Source: the human T2T-CHM13v2.0 reference genome, Homo sapiens. From it: a stretch of 64,000 bases of DNA. Every line of letters starts with the position of its first letter. Within the stretch, counting starts at the first letter, position 1. Where the stretch lies: the NCBI RefSeq assembly GCF_009914755.1, contig NC_060948.1. One strand, given 5' to 3'. The position numbers and the translations under genes are program-made. This document shows, in pieces, positions 15,403-31,933 of the stretch. The notes beneath the pieces are model-generated. The model saw nothing but the letters and a program-made list of their open reading frames with translations, made no database searches and was not told the origin of the DNA.

Positions 15403-15706
15403 CATCAGGTTTGGTGGCTCACACTTGTAATCCCACCACTTTGGGAGGCTGAGGCGGGTGGATCACTTGAGGCCAGGAGTTCAAGGTGAGCATGGCCAAC
15501 ATGAAGAAACCGCATTTCTACTAATAATACAAAAAAATTAGCTGGGTGTGATGGTGTGAACCTGTAGTTCCAGTTACTTGGGAGGCTGAATCACGAGAAT
15601 TGCTTAAACCCTGGAGGTGGAGTTTGCAGTGGGCCAAGATCACACCACTGCACTACTGCCTGAGTGACAGAGTGAGACTGTATCCAAAAAAATAAAAAAA
15701 AAAAAA
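15403..15706 (+). mobile_element. Alu (S/J) inside L1
   Basis: Full dimer with A-tail. Confidence 0.93.
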
Positions 15707-17574
15707 GGAAATGTTAAAAACAGCAAGAAAAAAGCATCAAGTCACATATAAGGGAAACTCCATTTGATTAGCAGTGGATTTCCCAGTGGAAACTTTACAG
15801 GTCAGTAGACAATAAGATGGGATGATATATTCAAAGTACTGAAGGAAAAAAAAACTGTCAGCCAAGAATACTATACCTAGTAGAGCTATCCACTAGATAT
15901 GAGGGAGAAATAAAGTATTTCCTAGATGAGCAAAAACTGAAGGAATTCATTCCCACTAGACTGACGTTAAAGGGACTGCTTAAGGTGGTTCTACATCTGG
16001 AAGCAAGAGGATGATTACCATTGTCAAAACACACAAAAGTGTAAAACTCACTGGTAGTGCAGATATACACAGGAGAAAGAGAAAGGAATCAAACTTTGTC
16101 ACTACAGAAAATGAGCAAACCACGAAGATTAAAAAAAAAAATAGATGAAGAAAAGAACAAAGGATATACAAAACAACCAGAAAAAAATGAACAAAATGAC
16201 AGGATAAAGCCTCATATATTAATAGTAACCTTGAATGTAATGTAAACAGATCAAATTCCCAATTAAAAGATATAGAATTGGCAGCCAAGATTTAAAAAAA
16301 AAAAAAAAAAAAGACCCAACTGTATGCTGCCTACAAGAAACTAACTTCACCTGTAAAGGTTCATACAGACTGGAAGTGAAGGGATAGAAGAAAATACTCC
16401 AGGCAAACAGAAACCAAAAGCAAGCAGAGGTAGCCGTACTTATCAGGTAAAAACAGACTTTAAGTCAAACTGTATGAAGAGACAAAGAAGGTCATTTTAT
16501 AATAATAAAGAGACCAACTTAGCAATAAGATATAATAATTGTAAATATATATGTACCCAACACTAGAGCACTCAGATTAACAAGGCAAATACTTTTAAGT
16601 CTAAAGGGAAAGATAGACTCCAATGCAGTAACAGTTGGGGCCTTTAACACCCCACTCTTACCACTGGACAGATCATCTAGACAGAAAATCAACAAGGAAA
16701 TATCAGATTTAAGCTTACAGATAGGAATAAGTTCTGGTGTTCTGTAGTGCTGTAGGGTGACTACAGTTAACAATAATTTATTGTATATTTTTAAATAGAG
16801 AGGATGTTGAGTGTTCCCAACACAAAGAATGATAAATATTTGAGGTGATAGATATGCTGATTATCCTGATTTGATCATTACACATTGTATACAAGTATTG
16901 AGATATCCCTCTCTACCTTATAAATATGAACAAGTATTATGTGTCAATTAAAAATATTTTTAAAGAATGAAGGAAACAGATTTTTTAAATGAAAGGAAAG
17001 AAAATTACCTGACTTGGCTGAATGGCCCCATGTGGTCTCTCATTCTCCAGTAGGCTACTTCAGGCCTGTTCACATGATGGCAGAGGCAAGAGTCCCAGGA
17101 GCGGCAACAAAACAATGCAAATCCTCTTCAGGCTCAGGCTCAAAATTATATATTAATTCTACCCCATTTTATTGGACAATGCAAATTACACTACCAGTCT
17201 GGATTCAAGGAGTAGAAAATAAACTCCAACTCTTGATGGAAGGAATTATAAAGAATTGTGGCCGTTTTTGATAGTCTACCATAGGGGAGAAAGATGGGGA
17301 TGCTATAACCCAAAATGTGTATTCTTAGGTTGAGATCCTAAATTATAGTCAGGGCATACGAGAGGTGGAAGGAGTACCTCTTTGCAGTGTGTTAGCTCAG
17401 TTCTGAACAGGACAGGGCTGCAAGTTCAGCTACTTCCCAGAAAATGTGCTGGTTCCCTGGCCTGAGTCATCATCCCATGACTAGAGAATGTGGATGGATT
17501 ATTTTATCAAGAAACTGGTGATAAACCAAGGGCTATAGGAATTAAGAACTAGGGCTAAAAAAGAAATGTTTAGA

Positions 17575-20500
17575 GTGATGCAAGATGACCAATTAGAAGC
17601 AGCTGCAGTCTGCAGTGCTCACAAAGAAGAATGAAAAGGGGCAAGGGAATTCAGCACCTTCAACTGAGATAACCAGGTTCTCACATTGGGACTGACTAGA
17701 TGAACAGGTCGACCAATGGAGAATGAAGACAAGCAGGCAGAGAGTGCGACAGCCCAGCCGGGGGCAGCATGGAGCCAAAGGAACCCCCACTGCCAGCCAA
17801 GGGAAGCGGTGAGTGAGTGTGCAGTCCTGCCCGGGAAACCGTGCTTCTCTCATGGATCTTTGCAAGCCATGGATCAAGAGATCCCCTTGTGAACCCATGC
17901 CACCAGGGCTGTGGGTCTGATACACAGACCTGTATTGAGTCTGGGCACATCAGCTGCTCAGGCACACACAGAAACCCAGGAGTTTTACACTCTCTAGCCC
18001 CGGGGATCTTCAGCACAGTGGGAAATCTGTCCATACGTATCTCTGGGAAGGGGGCTGAATCCAGGGAGCCAGGCAGCATCATTCTGCAGGATCCATTTCC
18101 TTGGCACCTCACAAGTTAAGACCCACTGGCTTGGAATCCTAGCCTGCCAACAGCAGCAGGTTGGAATCCACCTCAGATGGGTCTGTGTTCCTGGGGAGGT
18201 GGGGAGAGGCAGCCAGCATCACTGTGGTTCATATACTCAGCCACTCCAGCCTGCCAGCTATGGAGAATACAGACAATCTGGACAAGGAAGAGTTCCCCAC
18301 AACACAGCACAGCTGGCTTGCCAGATCATGACCAGACTGCTTCTTTAAGCAGGACCCCAATCCATTCCTCCTCACTGGGCAGAAATCCCTGCGGGGGCTT
18401 TAACCACTCCAGCAACGGTTCTATGGACAGAGCTTTGATCTCGCCCTGAAATGGAGCTCCTGGCGGGAGGGGCAGCTGCCACCTCTGCAGTTTGGGCAAC
18501 TCAGCCACTCCAACCTGATGGCTTTGGAGAATACAGGTGGTCCAGAGGAGGAAGGATCCCCCACAATGCAGCACACCTGCTCTACCCCAAAGCAGCCAGA
18601 CTGCTTCTTTGGATGGGTCCGTGATCCCATCCCTCCTGACTGGGTGAGAATGCCCAACAAGGGTCTCTAGCCACCTCCTGCAGGTATGTGCGGGCTGGCT
18701 ACAGTTCAGTATCCCCCTGGGATGGAGCTTCCAAAGGAAGGAGCTGGCTGCCATCTTTGCTGTTTCTCAGGCTTCACTGGCAATATCTCATTCAGAGTCT
18801 ATGAGGAACTTAAATTTATAAGAAAAAAAACAACCCCATTAAAAAGTGGGCAAAGGATCTGAACAGACACTTCCCAAAAGAGACATGCATGCAGTCAACA
18901 AAAATATGAAATAAAAGCTCAACATTACTGATCATTAAAGAAATGCAAACCACAATGAGATACCATCTCATGCCAGTCAGAATGGCTACTATTAAAAAGC
19001 CAAAAAATAACAGATGCTGTGAAGGTTGCAGAGAAAAAGAAATGCTGTTGGTGGGTGTGTAAATTAGTTCAACCCATGTGGAAGACTGTGGCAATTCCTC
19101 AAAGACCTAGAGGCAGAAATATCATCAGACCCAGCAATCCCATTATGGGGTATATACCCAAAGGAATATAAATCATTGTCTTATAAAAATACATGCATGC
19201 ACACATATGTTCATTACAGCAGTATTCACAATAGCAAAGACATGGAATCAACCTAAATGCCAGTCGATGATAGATTGGATAAAGAAAATATGGTACATAG
19301 AGTGGGACATCGGGCTTCTGAGCGGGAACCTTTGTAGTGCCAGTGATGAAAGAGAGAATTAAATATGGCTGATTCTGAGAAAGGCAAGAAAATTTTTCTT
19401 CAGATGTGTGCCCAGTGCCACACTGTGGAAAAGGGAAGCAAGCACAAGACTGGGCCTAAACTCCATGGTCTCTTCAGGTGGAGGACATGTCAGTCCATTG
19501 GATTATCTTAACATAGAGATTGATAAGAACAAAGCCATCACCTGGGGAGAGGATACACTGATAGAGTATTTTGAGAATTCCAGGAAGTACATTCCTGGAA
19601 CAAAAATGATCTTTGCCAGCATTAAGAACAATGCAGAAAGGGCAGACTTGATAGCTTATCTCAAAAAAGCTACTAGTGAGTAATAATTGGCCACTGCCTT
19701 ATACCTTATATTACAAAACGGAAATGTCTCATGACTTTTTTATGTGTACCATAATTTAATAGATCTCATACACCAGAATTCAGATTATGAATGACTCTCA
19801 GAATATTTTGTTGGGCAGTCCTGATTTAAAACTAATACTAGCTTGTGGTTAAATGAATAAGTTTGGTTTTTGAATATTAATAGTAATTCCAATTCAGTGA
19901 ATGCTATCACTGTTTACTCCTTCTAAATATATGATTAGACTTTGTTAATAATGTTCAACTTTTCACAAAGATGGTGAGTACCATCTTAAAACTTAATGAA
20001 GATTGGTTTTATATTTATATTTATATTGGTTTATATTTGGATTTATGACTGGTTATGTGAATATATTTAAATACTGGGGAAATTCCTTCACTGTCTCAGA
20101 ACCAAGCAAGATTCACCTGTGTTTTGTGTTTATTTGCCACTTAAAGGCAAGGGTTGAAGATAAGGTAGCAATGTCTACTTTGTATTTTTGGCCTTAACTA
20201 TGCCATTGTAATTAGAATTCCCTGTATTTAAGATGGTTCCTTTTACTTATTCAAAGGCATTTTGTGTGGTTTATGTGTAATATCAAATAAAGATTACTTA
20301 ACACTTAAAACAACAACAACAAAAAAAGGAAATGTGGTACATAAATACCACGGAAAACTGTGCAGCCATAAAAAGGAACAGGATTACATCCTTTGCAGGG
20401 ATATTGATGGAGCTGGAAGCTGATATCCTCAGCAAACTAACACAGGAACAGAAAACCAAACACCGCATGTTCTCACTTATATGTGGGAGCTGACAATGAG

Positions 20501-20720
20501 AACACATGGGCACATGATGGGGAACAACACACACTGGGGCCTGTTGGGAGGGAGGGGATGGGGAAGGAGAGCATCAGAAAGAATAGCTAATGGATGCTGG
20601 GCTTAATACCTAGGGATGGGATGATCTATGCAGCAAACCACTATGGCACACATTTACCTGTGTAACACACCTGCACATCCTCCACATGTACCCCTGAACC
20701 TAAAATAAAAGTTGAAGTAA
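17575..20720 (+). mobile_element. L1PA (older primate type): 5' UTR fused to the ORF2 end and 3' UTR, interrupted by the CYCS retrocopy
   Basis: caagatgaccaattagaagcagct 5' start; jump to the ORF2 C-terminus at ~18785; 3' end ...atgtacccctgaacctaaaataaaagtt. Confidence 0.88.
19299..20327 (+). pseudogene. CYCSP49: Processed cytochrome c pseudogene (5' UTR, CDS 19365-19683, long 3' UTR, poly(A)); probably CYCSP49
   Basis: [37 protein letters not shown]...[12 protein letters not shown]...[12 protein letters not shown]. Intronless. A +1 insertion gives TAA at 19509-19511. AATAAA at 20286-20291, then an A-rich tail. ~19-bp TSD aaagaaaatatggtacata (19281-19299) / aaaggaaatgtggtacata (20325-20343). 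Copy number is from recall. Confidence 0.9.
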
Positions 20721-20919
20721 ATTATTTGTATATACATGTGCCCCGATGTAGGTAAACATTATATATGCATGCATCTATAACCACATTTTTGCTGAGGTAT
20801 AACACATATGGTAGGTTGCACTAATCAAGTATATATCTTGATGATATTATACCTAAGTATATATGCATGTAACCAACACCTCTATCAATATATTGGTCTA
20901 TGACTGACCTCCAATTAAT

Positions 20920-22480
20920 TGTTGTAAAGATATAAAGTATCAAGTTTCATGTTTTTCACATAGCTCTCAATTTCTCCTGTACCATTTATTGTAAAGAGCA
21001 TGATTTCCCCCAATGAATTGCAGAGGTGGGTTTATTGCAAATAAAGTGAACATATCTGTATAGGTCTGTTTCTGGGCTTTTTGTCCTTTCATTATGACTG
21101 CCTATACTTAAGTCCAGGCCATAGTTTTAATTATTATGGCTTTATAGTGACTCTTGAGAACTTGTGTGTAAGTCCTCCAACTTTGTACTTCTTTGTTTAA
21201 AAACTATCTTGGCTCTCCTAGATTTTTTGAATTTCCATATAAATTTTAGAATCATCTTGGCAATTTACATACACACACACACACTCAAACCCACACAAAC
21301 ACACCCCCACACCCCGTCAGTATTTTGACTTGGGCATTGACTACATAGCTTAATTTGGAGAGAATTGACATCTAAAAATATTGAGCTTTCCAACTCATGA
21401 ACATAATAGATCTCTCTACTGATGTCTTCTTTGATTTCTTTTAGCAATGTTTGTAGTGTACAGGTTTTGCACCTTTTGTTAGTTTTATCTCTATGTAGTT
21501 GATAAGTTTTTATGCTATTTTAAATGATATTTGAAGATCTTCATTTTCTAAATATTTGCTATTGGTATGTAGGAACATAACTAATTTTTGTATATTGACT
21601 TTTGTTTATTTGTTTATCTAAAGACAGGGCCTTGCTCTGTCACCACAGGCTGGAGTGCAGTGGCACCTGAGCTCAAGCATTTCTCCCACCTCAGTCTCCC
21701 ACATAGCTGGGACTACAAGCAGGCATCACCACACTTGGCTAATTTTTTAAATTAATTTTTGTAGAGAAGGAGTCTCTCTGGTCTCACTGACCCAAGCGGG
21801 TCTTGAACTCCTGGATTCAAGCAACCCTCCCACCTCAGCCTCCCAAAGTGCTGTGATTACAGGTGTGAACCACCACACCTGGCCTTGTATGTTGACTTTA
21901 CATCTAGCATCCTTCATAAATTCACATATTAATTTTAATAATGAATGTGTAGATTCCCTGGGATTTTTTAAATGTATGCAATCATATAAAGTTACTACTT
22001 TCTTCCCACTTTTTATACTTTTTTCTTTCTTTATTGAATTATCCAGGACTTTCATGGTAATATTGAATAGAAATGGTAAGAGGAGGCAGTCTTGCCCTGT
22101 TCCCAAACTTAGGTGGAAAGAATATCTTGCTTCACTATTTGAAATGATGTTTGCTATAGGCTTTTGTAGTCATTCTTTACTAGATTAAGACAGTCCATTT
22201 TATTTCTAGTTTGCTAAAAGTTTTGAACCATGAATTGGTGTTGAATATATCAGATTTTTTTCTGATATCATCTATCAAGATAATCAAAATGTTTTTCTGT
22301 CATTCCATTAACGAGATTTTCAAATGTTAAACCAAACTTTTTTATTTTTGGAATAAACTCCTTTTGGTCTTAATGTATTAACTTTTTTATGTATCACTAG
22401 ATTCTATTTGCTAATATTTTATTTAGAACTTTTCATCTGTGTTCATGAGGGATATGCAGTTTTTTTTTCCTGAAATGTCT
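20920..22480 (-). mobile_element. Old L1M ORF2 fragment with an embedded AluJ-like element (~21605-21884, - strand)
   Basis: ORFs 21265-21447 and 21747-22106 resemble L1 RT ([15 protein letters not shown]). Confidence 0.8.
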
Positions 22481-24523
22481 TTATCAGCTGGTCTACAATT
22501 ACCTTAGCTTAGGTGTCTTGGGTAACTCCTATCTGCTTAACTCATCTTCATCCTCCATCTGGATGAATATGATGGGTATGTTTCAAGGTCATGGCAAAAG
22601 GAAAGAGCTAGAGTGGAATCTTACAAATGCTTTTGCAAACCTCTCCTTTGTGGCATCCCAGTGACCGAATCAACTCACATAATGGAACACAAAATTAGAG
22701 GGAAAGGGCACTACGAGGTGAAATGTGAGGGCTTGAATTCAGGAAAAGTTGAAGAATTGAGACCATTGATGGAATGAGTCTACCTTATTCTCAGGCAGGG
22801 AAGCATTTTTGTACATGAGATAGTTCACAAGAAATAACTACTATATAGTCAGAGACTCAAGACTTCAGCAATTGTATAAAAATACATTTGTAAATACCTA
22901 AAGACCTTGAAGAGAAGAGTCTGAACCACATCTCACCCAGGTTACGCTATTCACTGCTAAGACATGACTCTACCACTCCCTTGGCCAATTTTGAAAATTG
23001 TTTCAAACTATTTATTTGAGGTGGAAGTACTTTCTGTCGCTCCGAATGGGCACAGTCATGGAGTAATGTGACCAGGGTCCACTGGATGGGTCATGACACT
23101 CAGGGCAGCCATCCCAAAATTTCCGAATTCCATCTTTATGGGGAAAACATCTCTTGATTGCTAATATTGTTTTCTAAAGCAGGTTAAGTTAATAACTGTG
23201 AGTTAATTATAGCATGTCTAAATTGAGCCCATTTTCTTTTAGTAGATTTGGTGTTGACTAATATAAATTTGGCAACACTTACTATTAGCTGGGGTGTTTT
23301 TAAAAAGCCAAAAACTTTTAGCATGTAAATCAAAACAAAGACATTACTAATTTTTTCTTGGGTGATCTCTAGACTTTTGGTTTCTATCAGTTATTAAACT
23401 GTTATCTCCTTGGGGCATTGACAAAGTACTAATAAGTCATTGGTTCCTTTACCATTTTTAATCAGAGTATCCCAAAAGGAGGTAATTATGTGTTTTAATA
23501 AATTCCGCAAATCATAAACCACCCAAAAAGCAAATCTACCATCCATATTAATATTTAGTCTTTCATCTTTGCCAGAGTGAAGCCCCAAATCTAAGCTACT
23601 AGTTCAGCTACCTGGGCAGGCTGGGAATCAGGCCATGGAGCCCTTCAGTGATTGCATGTTCAGTGATAACAGCATGTCCTGCACTGGGAGTGTCTCTGTC
23701 ATATGTGAGAAGCATCTACAAAGTATATTAAATCAAGGTTGACTAAAAGGGAGAAGATTCAAATCCAGGCATCCTTAACTCCCGAGAAGTTGCTAAACAG
23801 TCATGTGATTCCCCTTTATTCTTAAAAGGGAATAAAGTTGCAGGGTTACATTTTGAACAACAGCGAATAAGCAAAGCAGACATTACAATTTCATAAGTGG
23901 TAAACTTGCTAGTGGAGAAATGTCAGATGCTGCCTTGAAGTAGCAAAAACTTTAGAGATGCAGGACCCATAGTGTTAGTGGAGAAACAAGCACTATGGTG
24001 GAAGCATCAACAAGTTTGGCCACTGCTGCCACCTCATGCAAGTACGGAAGGTATACCTTTGCCTCCAAATCAAGGAATGTACTAAGATAGGCAGAGAGAA
24101 GAGTATGGTAGATTTAGGAAAACCCAAAGGTGGAGGTTGTTGCAAGAAGCTTTCTAAGAGGAGACAGCATTTTCTACTTTTGCATCACAAGGAAGAGTTT
24201 CAGAAATTATAAACTTAGTAAGCCACGCAAAGGCTGAGCTATTGAGAAAAATCAGGTATAAAATTACCTACATTCCTACAATCTTAGCCATCTTTTAATT
24301 TCTGTTCTTGGTAGAATTGAATGCACTTTATTCTGGCTGAAAACAGAAACTGTCCATCTGGTGACAGATTGTGACCAGAAAAATGTAGATTCTTGGCAGA
24401 GTTGAATTTTGTTCTAGATTATTTATGTCCTTTTTCACCTGATTTGGATAAGAGGTATTTGGAGTCTTCGGTAAATTACTTAGATCGGAAAACACAGCAG
24501 TAAATCATCTAAATGTTGAGTTG

Positions 24524-24524
<1 letters not shown>

Positions 24525-24594
<70 letters not shown>
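24525..24594. repeat. Compound microsatellite (TA)22(CA)13
   Basis: Read directly. Confidence 0.97.
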
Positions 24595-24601
<7 letters not shown>

Positions 24602-24824
24602 GTATATATACATGATTATAAAAATTATATATATATATCATTTTTCAGACATTGAGAGAACTAGGAAGTGGATTTGGAAAAATCCCTAAAGCTTAACTGT
24701 CCAGGTATATTTGTTTTCCCATGAAAAAGCAAATATTGACTCTTTTTCTATATATGTATACTAAGGAAGGCTGCACATAAATTACCAGTGTGAGATATTT
24801 ACTTATTGAGAGAATGAGGGACAG

Positions 24825-25235
<411 letters not shown>

Positions 25236-26937
25236 AGGACAGGACAATATTCTAATGGTTGCATGATATTTCATTACTGCTATGATTAACCTCTAATGTT
25301 GGACATTTAAGTGTCATTATAATCAATAATACAGCAACAGACATCTTTGCTCATAAGGCCTTTTCTGTATAGATTGCTAGTAGTGAAATTACCTAGCTAA
25401 GAGTAATTTTAGGGTTCTTAATATATATTGCCAAATCCAAGAGCAGTTGTATTCTTGTATCAACAATAAATCAAAGTTTTAAATTTCATGCCTTATTTTG
25501 CCAGCATTGGATTTTCTCATTAAAAGAGAAAGGGCTAATTTCATGGGTGCAAATGGCATGTCATTGTTGTTTTGACTACGTTATTGGTGACACTGAATGT
25601 TTACATAGGTTGTTAACCAGTTAGATTTTCTCTTTTATGGATTGTTATGTCCTTAGCCCATTTATCTATAAGGTGAGTGAGTAATATTTAAGTTGTTGTT
25701 AATGAATTATTAATTTATCATACTAGGCATGGTCCCCATTCAGTCAATTTTTCTGAAAAATCGTTTCCCCTGTTATTCATTAATAGCATTTTTAAGCAGA
25801 AATTTCAGATTTTTATGAAGTCAAACGTAAGCCTATTGATCTTCCATTGATTCAACACCTTTAGTTCTTCCTCATCCAAAGAATTGATTAAAATTTGCTT
25901 CAATTTCTCATAGATATTTATAGTTTTTATATGTGATTTCTAAACCCATATGGATTTCATGTAAGAAATTCCATGAATTCTGAAGTATATAAAATTATTT
26001 ATCCTTGCCTCCCCTACTATGCAGATTCAGAGTGTTCATCTTTTTGAGTTATTATTTCCTCCTAACAGAGATAGCCAGTTTAATAAATGGATGACTTTGA
26101 TACCTTCATTTTATTTTTCTCAATATTAAGCCAGTAAACATTGCTCTGAGGGTACCATACTAATCAGTTTTAAAATTTTGTGTCATTTTTGTTGTTGCAC
26201 AGAGATATATACGTATGTGTGTGTATGTTTCAGAAAGATATATTTACGGAAATTTGGATTCATATAGTGGTATTGATTGTATTTTAAATAATAACTACTA
26301 TTTGTTTTTCATTTTAAAGGTTATACATATATACATATATGTATATACACACACTTATAGGTACACATATATCTTCATTTAAAAAAATAAAGAGAACAAA
26401 TGAGCCAAAAAAGTCTCCATATTGTTATCAGTTATTTAAAATTTGATATGTTTATCTTTTTCTATCACACATACACACAATCATACTACATGCTTTTTGC
26501 ATTTATTTGTTTACATAGTGCTTAGATAGACTGTAATATGCAGATCACTCTCTAAAGATGTGTCTATTCAGAATTAAATTTAAATCAGAACCAATATGAA
26601 TTAGATTTAAACAAGAACCATATTAACTGTGAATTAATGATTTAGAACAAATTACTTAAAGTTAGTTAACCAGCTAATTTACTTATCTGATAGCTTTAAA
26701 CAGTGTGTATTTACAATAGAGACTCATCTGAGTAGCCAAACACACTTTGTGGACTATTTGAAAAATCACAGTGGATTAGAACTTGAAATTTGCATACCCT
26801 CTTATTCTCTGAATCTCCCCTAGAAGATGCTAGTGAGAGACAAATTAATAAAAGTAATAACCATTTTAGGTGCCCCCTAGGAAATAGCTTATGTTGGTGC
26901 CATGTAAATATGTAAGATATGTGTTTGTCTTTTTTAG

Positions 26938-26998
26938 GAAGTTGTGCGGTTTCTAGATAAGAAACATCCATGCCGCTATCGAGTCTACAATCTATGCA
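26938..26998 (+). pseudogene. TPTE2P4: TPTE2-like exon (EVVRFLDKKHPCRYRVYNLC)
   Basis: ttttag|GAAGTT...TGCA|gtatgt; 61 nt. Confidence 0.95.
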
Positions 26999-27816
26999 GT
27001 ATGTACATTACTCTATATTTTGCTACCGTAGATAGAAAACAGATTACTGCATGTAAGAAGATGATTTTGTTTTTTAGATTGCATTTAATCATAAGTATTT
27101 GGTAGTGGCAAGGAATGAATTTAAAAATCCCCATCTTGGACTGACCCCATTTAGTAGAAGGAGTTAACCCAGCAGCACAAAGAACCGTATGAAGGATGTG
27201 GCTTTGGCAGGACCAATGAGACTGGAGTGGAAGCAAACCATTTTAGGGAAGATCTGTTCTAGTGATATTAGGTTTAGGAAAATCTTTCTGTTTTTCCTGC
27301 CAGATTGTGTTATGAGGACATAGACAATTTAACAAATGAGTCTTCTGACCCATCAGCAGTGGCATGTGATGAGAGCAAGCCTCTAGATGGGAAAAAAGCA
27401 AAAAACTCTGTAGAAAATAGGTTGTAACCCAGTTTAATACCCTGTCTCTCTTGATTTTTTCCTCTACCTGTATACTCAATAGACATTTTCATGGGGCAAA
27501 CATTTTGGTCAGCCACATTTGCCTCGTGTGGTTTCTAACTATCCTGAAATAATGTAATGAATAGTCTGCTAGAAAGTTAAAAATTATACCTATTAAACAA
27601 AAATAAGTTGAGTTTAGGTTACATGAGATGGATAAACTACTACCATCCTTACATTTTTGAAACACTTGTGTTTGTTTTAGAGTGGCAGGAGCAACTTGGA
27701 AAGCTCTTTTTGAAGACAGATAAAGAATTCTAATAAGATATGTTAACTTATTCATAACTTCATCATTTATCATGTTATTCCCTATGGAGATATGACATAC
27801 CTATTATTTATTTTTG

Positions 27817-27898
27817 GTGAAAGAGCTTATGATCCTAAGCACTTCTATAATAGGGTTGGTAGAATCATGATTGATGATCATAATGTCCCCACTCTACA
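27817..27898 (+). pseudogene. TPTE2P4: TPTE2-like exon ([28 protein letters not shown]), acceptor lost
   Basis: Preceded by tttttg (no AG); ends CTACA|gtaagt; contains the DHN loop motif. Confidence 0.93.
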
Positions 27899-27996
27899 GT
27901 AAGTTTTATGCTAAGTTGACTATCAGAAGAGGGCTAAATATATTGGGCTTGATTTTTTGAAAATATTTTAACTAAAAATCTTAAACTTGAAATCAG

Positions 27997-28085
27997 TGAG
28001 ATGGTGGTTTTCACCAAGGAAGTAAATGAGTGGATGGCTCAAGATCTTGAAAACATGGTAGCAATTCACTGTAAAGGAGGAAAAG
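27997..28085 (+). pseudogene. TPTE2P4: TPTE2-like exon ([29 protein letters not shown]), catalytic Cys
   Basis: atcag|TGAGATG...AAAG|gtaat; TGT at 28070-28072; overlaps ORF 28001-28192. Confidence 0.97.
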
Positions 28086-28449
28086 GTAATAACATTTTCC
28101 TTTTTATTTCTCCCTTTCTAAAGACATGTAAATATAGAGAAAGTACAAGAACAAGATACTTATTTCTATTAATATGTATTAATAATTGTTAGCATTTTTA
28201 AATATTAGCTCCAAGACTGAAAGAAGGGAAGGAGAAAGGAAAGAGGAGAGGAGGAAGAGTAGGAGATAGGGAGAGGATAAGGAAGGGAAGAAAGTAGGAA
28301 AAAAGAACTAAGGAAGGTTGAGCATATTTTCCCTTGTTTTCCTTGTATTTAGATTTCTTTATTTTTGGTTTGCCAGTTTATATCTCTCAAAATACACACA
28401 GTCTTTAATTTTAGAATATCAGACTACTTTTATTTTATTTAAGGCTGAT

Positions 28450-29900
<1,451 letters not shown>

Positions 29901-31211
29901 AAAAGAGAGTGTCGACCACTCTCTTTTCTATTTACCATTTAAGGCTACAAGTTTTCCTCTAAATATTGCTTTAGTTTTGTCCCATAAATTTTTATTTGTA
30001 GTGTTTTTATTTTACTTAGTTCAAACTATGTTCCAACTTTGTGCTTGTTTTTTTTTTTTTGACCCATGAGTTATGTAGAAGTATACTTCCTTATTTCCAA
30101 ATATGTGAGAATTTTGTATTTATCTTTAAATTTTTGATTTCTGATTGTATTGTGTTGTGGGCACAGAACATACTATGTATTTTTTTCTTTTTTAGTTCTT
30201 TGAAACTTGTTTAGACTTGCTTAATGACCCAGAATTTGGTCGATATTGTCAAATGTTTTCTGTACATTTGAAAAGAACATATATTATGCATTGTTGAGAA
30301 CAGCGTTCTATGTACATCTATTTTATTTAACTCTTCTATTTTCCTTCTGACATTCTGTTTTCATTCGATTGAATTTTAATAATATAAATCTTTCCTTCTC
30401 ACCCTCTGTCATTACCTTGGAAGTCATATACTCTTTTTCTATGTTTTTAGTAATTACTGTAAAGATTTAAACCTGCATCCTTGATTTAGCTATTAATTTT
30501 TGTTTATGTTGAGCTTGCATCTAGAAATCTTCCTAAATTCTCTCATTAGATTAAGGAGTTATTCTAAGTATTTACTTACTACACTGACTTTCTACACTGG
30601 TTAGGCTCTGCAGTATACTGTTAAATGGAAGCAGTGAAGAGAGGGCATTTTTGTTTAATTCCAGGCTTTAAAGAAAATGCTGTCAATATTATGTCATTAA
30701 TATGATGTTCCCGGTAGGTATTTTGGTAGATTCTCTTTGTTGAGTTAAGGAAGTTTCCTAGTTGTTAGTTTTTAAAGTCACAGGCACAGCCTGAATTTTA
30801 GTGAATACTTTTTCTGGCATTAACTGAGATAATTGTAAGGTGTATCTTCTTTAATCAATGAATATGATAAATTGCATTAATATAGATTTCTAATATAGGA
30901 TGGTTCTTGCATTTTTTATTATTTGTTTTTTAATGGGCAAAAGACTGTTTTTTTTCTTCTTGAGCTTAGATTTTTGGTATAAAGTAACTTTTAGATTTGG
31001 AAGTACATATGCAGGTTTATTGGTAATATTATCTGATGCTAAGGTTTCGGGTATGATTGATCGCATCACCCAGGTACTGAGCACAGGACCCAATAGTTAG
31101 TTTTTCAACCTGTGCCCTTTTCTGCTGTGCCCCCTCTAGAAATCCCCAGGGTCCATTATTGCCACCTTGATGTCCATGAGCACCCATTGTTTAGCTTTCA
31201 CTTATGAGTGA

Positions 31212-31933
<722 letters not shown>

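Noticed and set aside
19408-19683. 91-aa ORF ending in the cytochrome c C-terminus
   Set aside because: It is the frameshifted half of the CYCS retrocopy, starts at GTG and lacks the CXXCH motif in frame.
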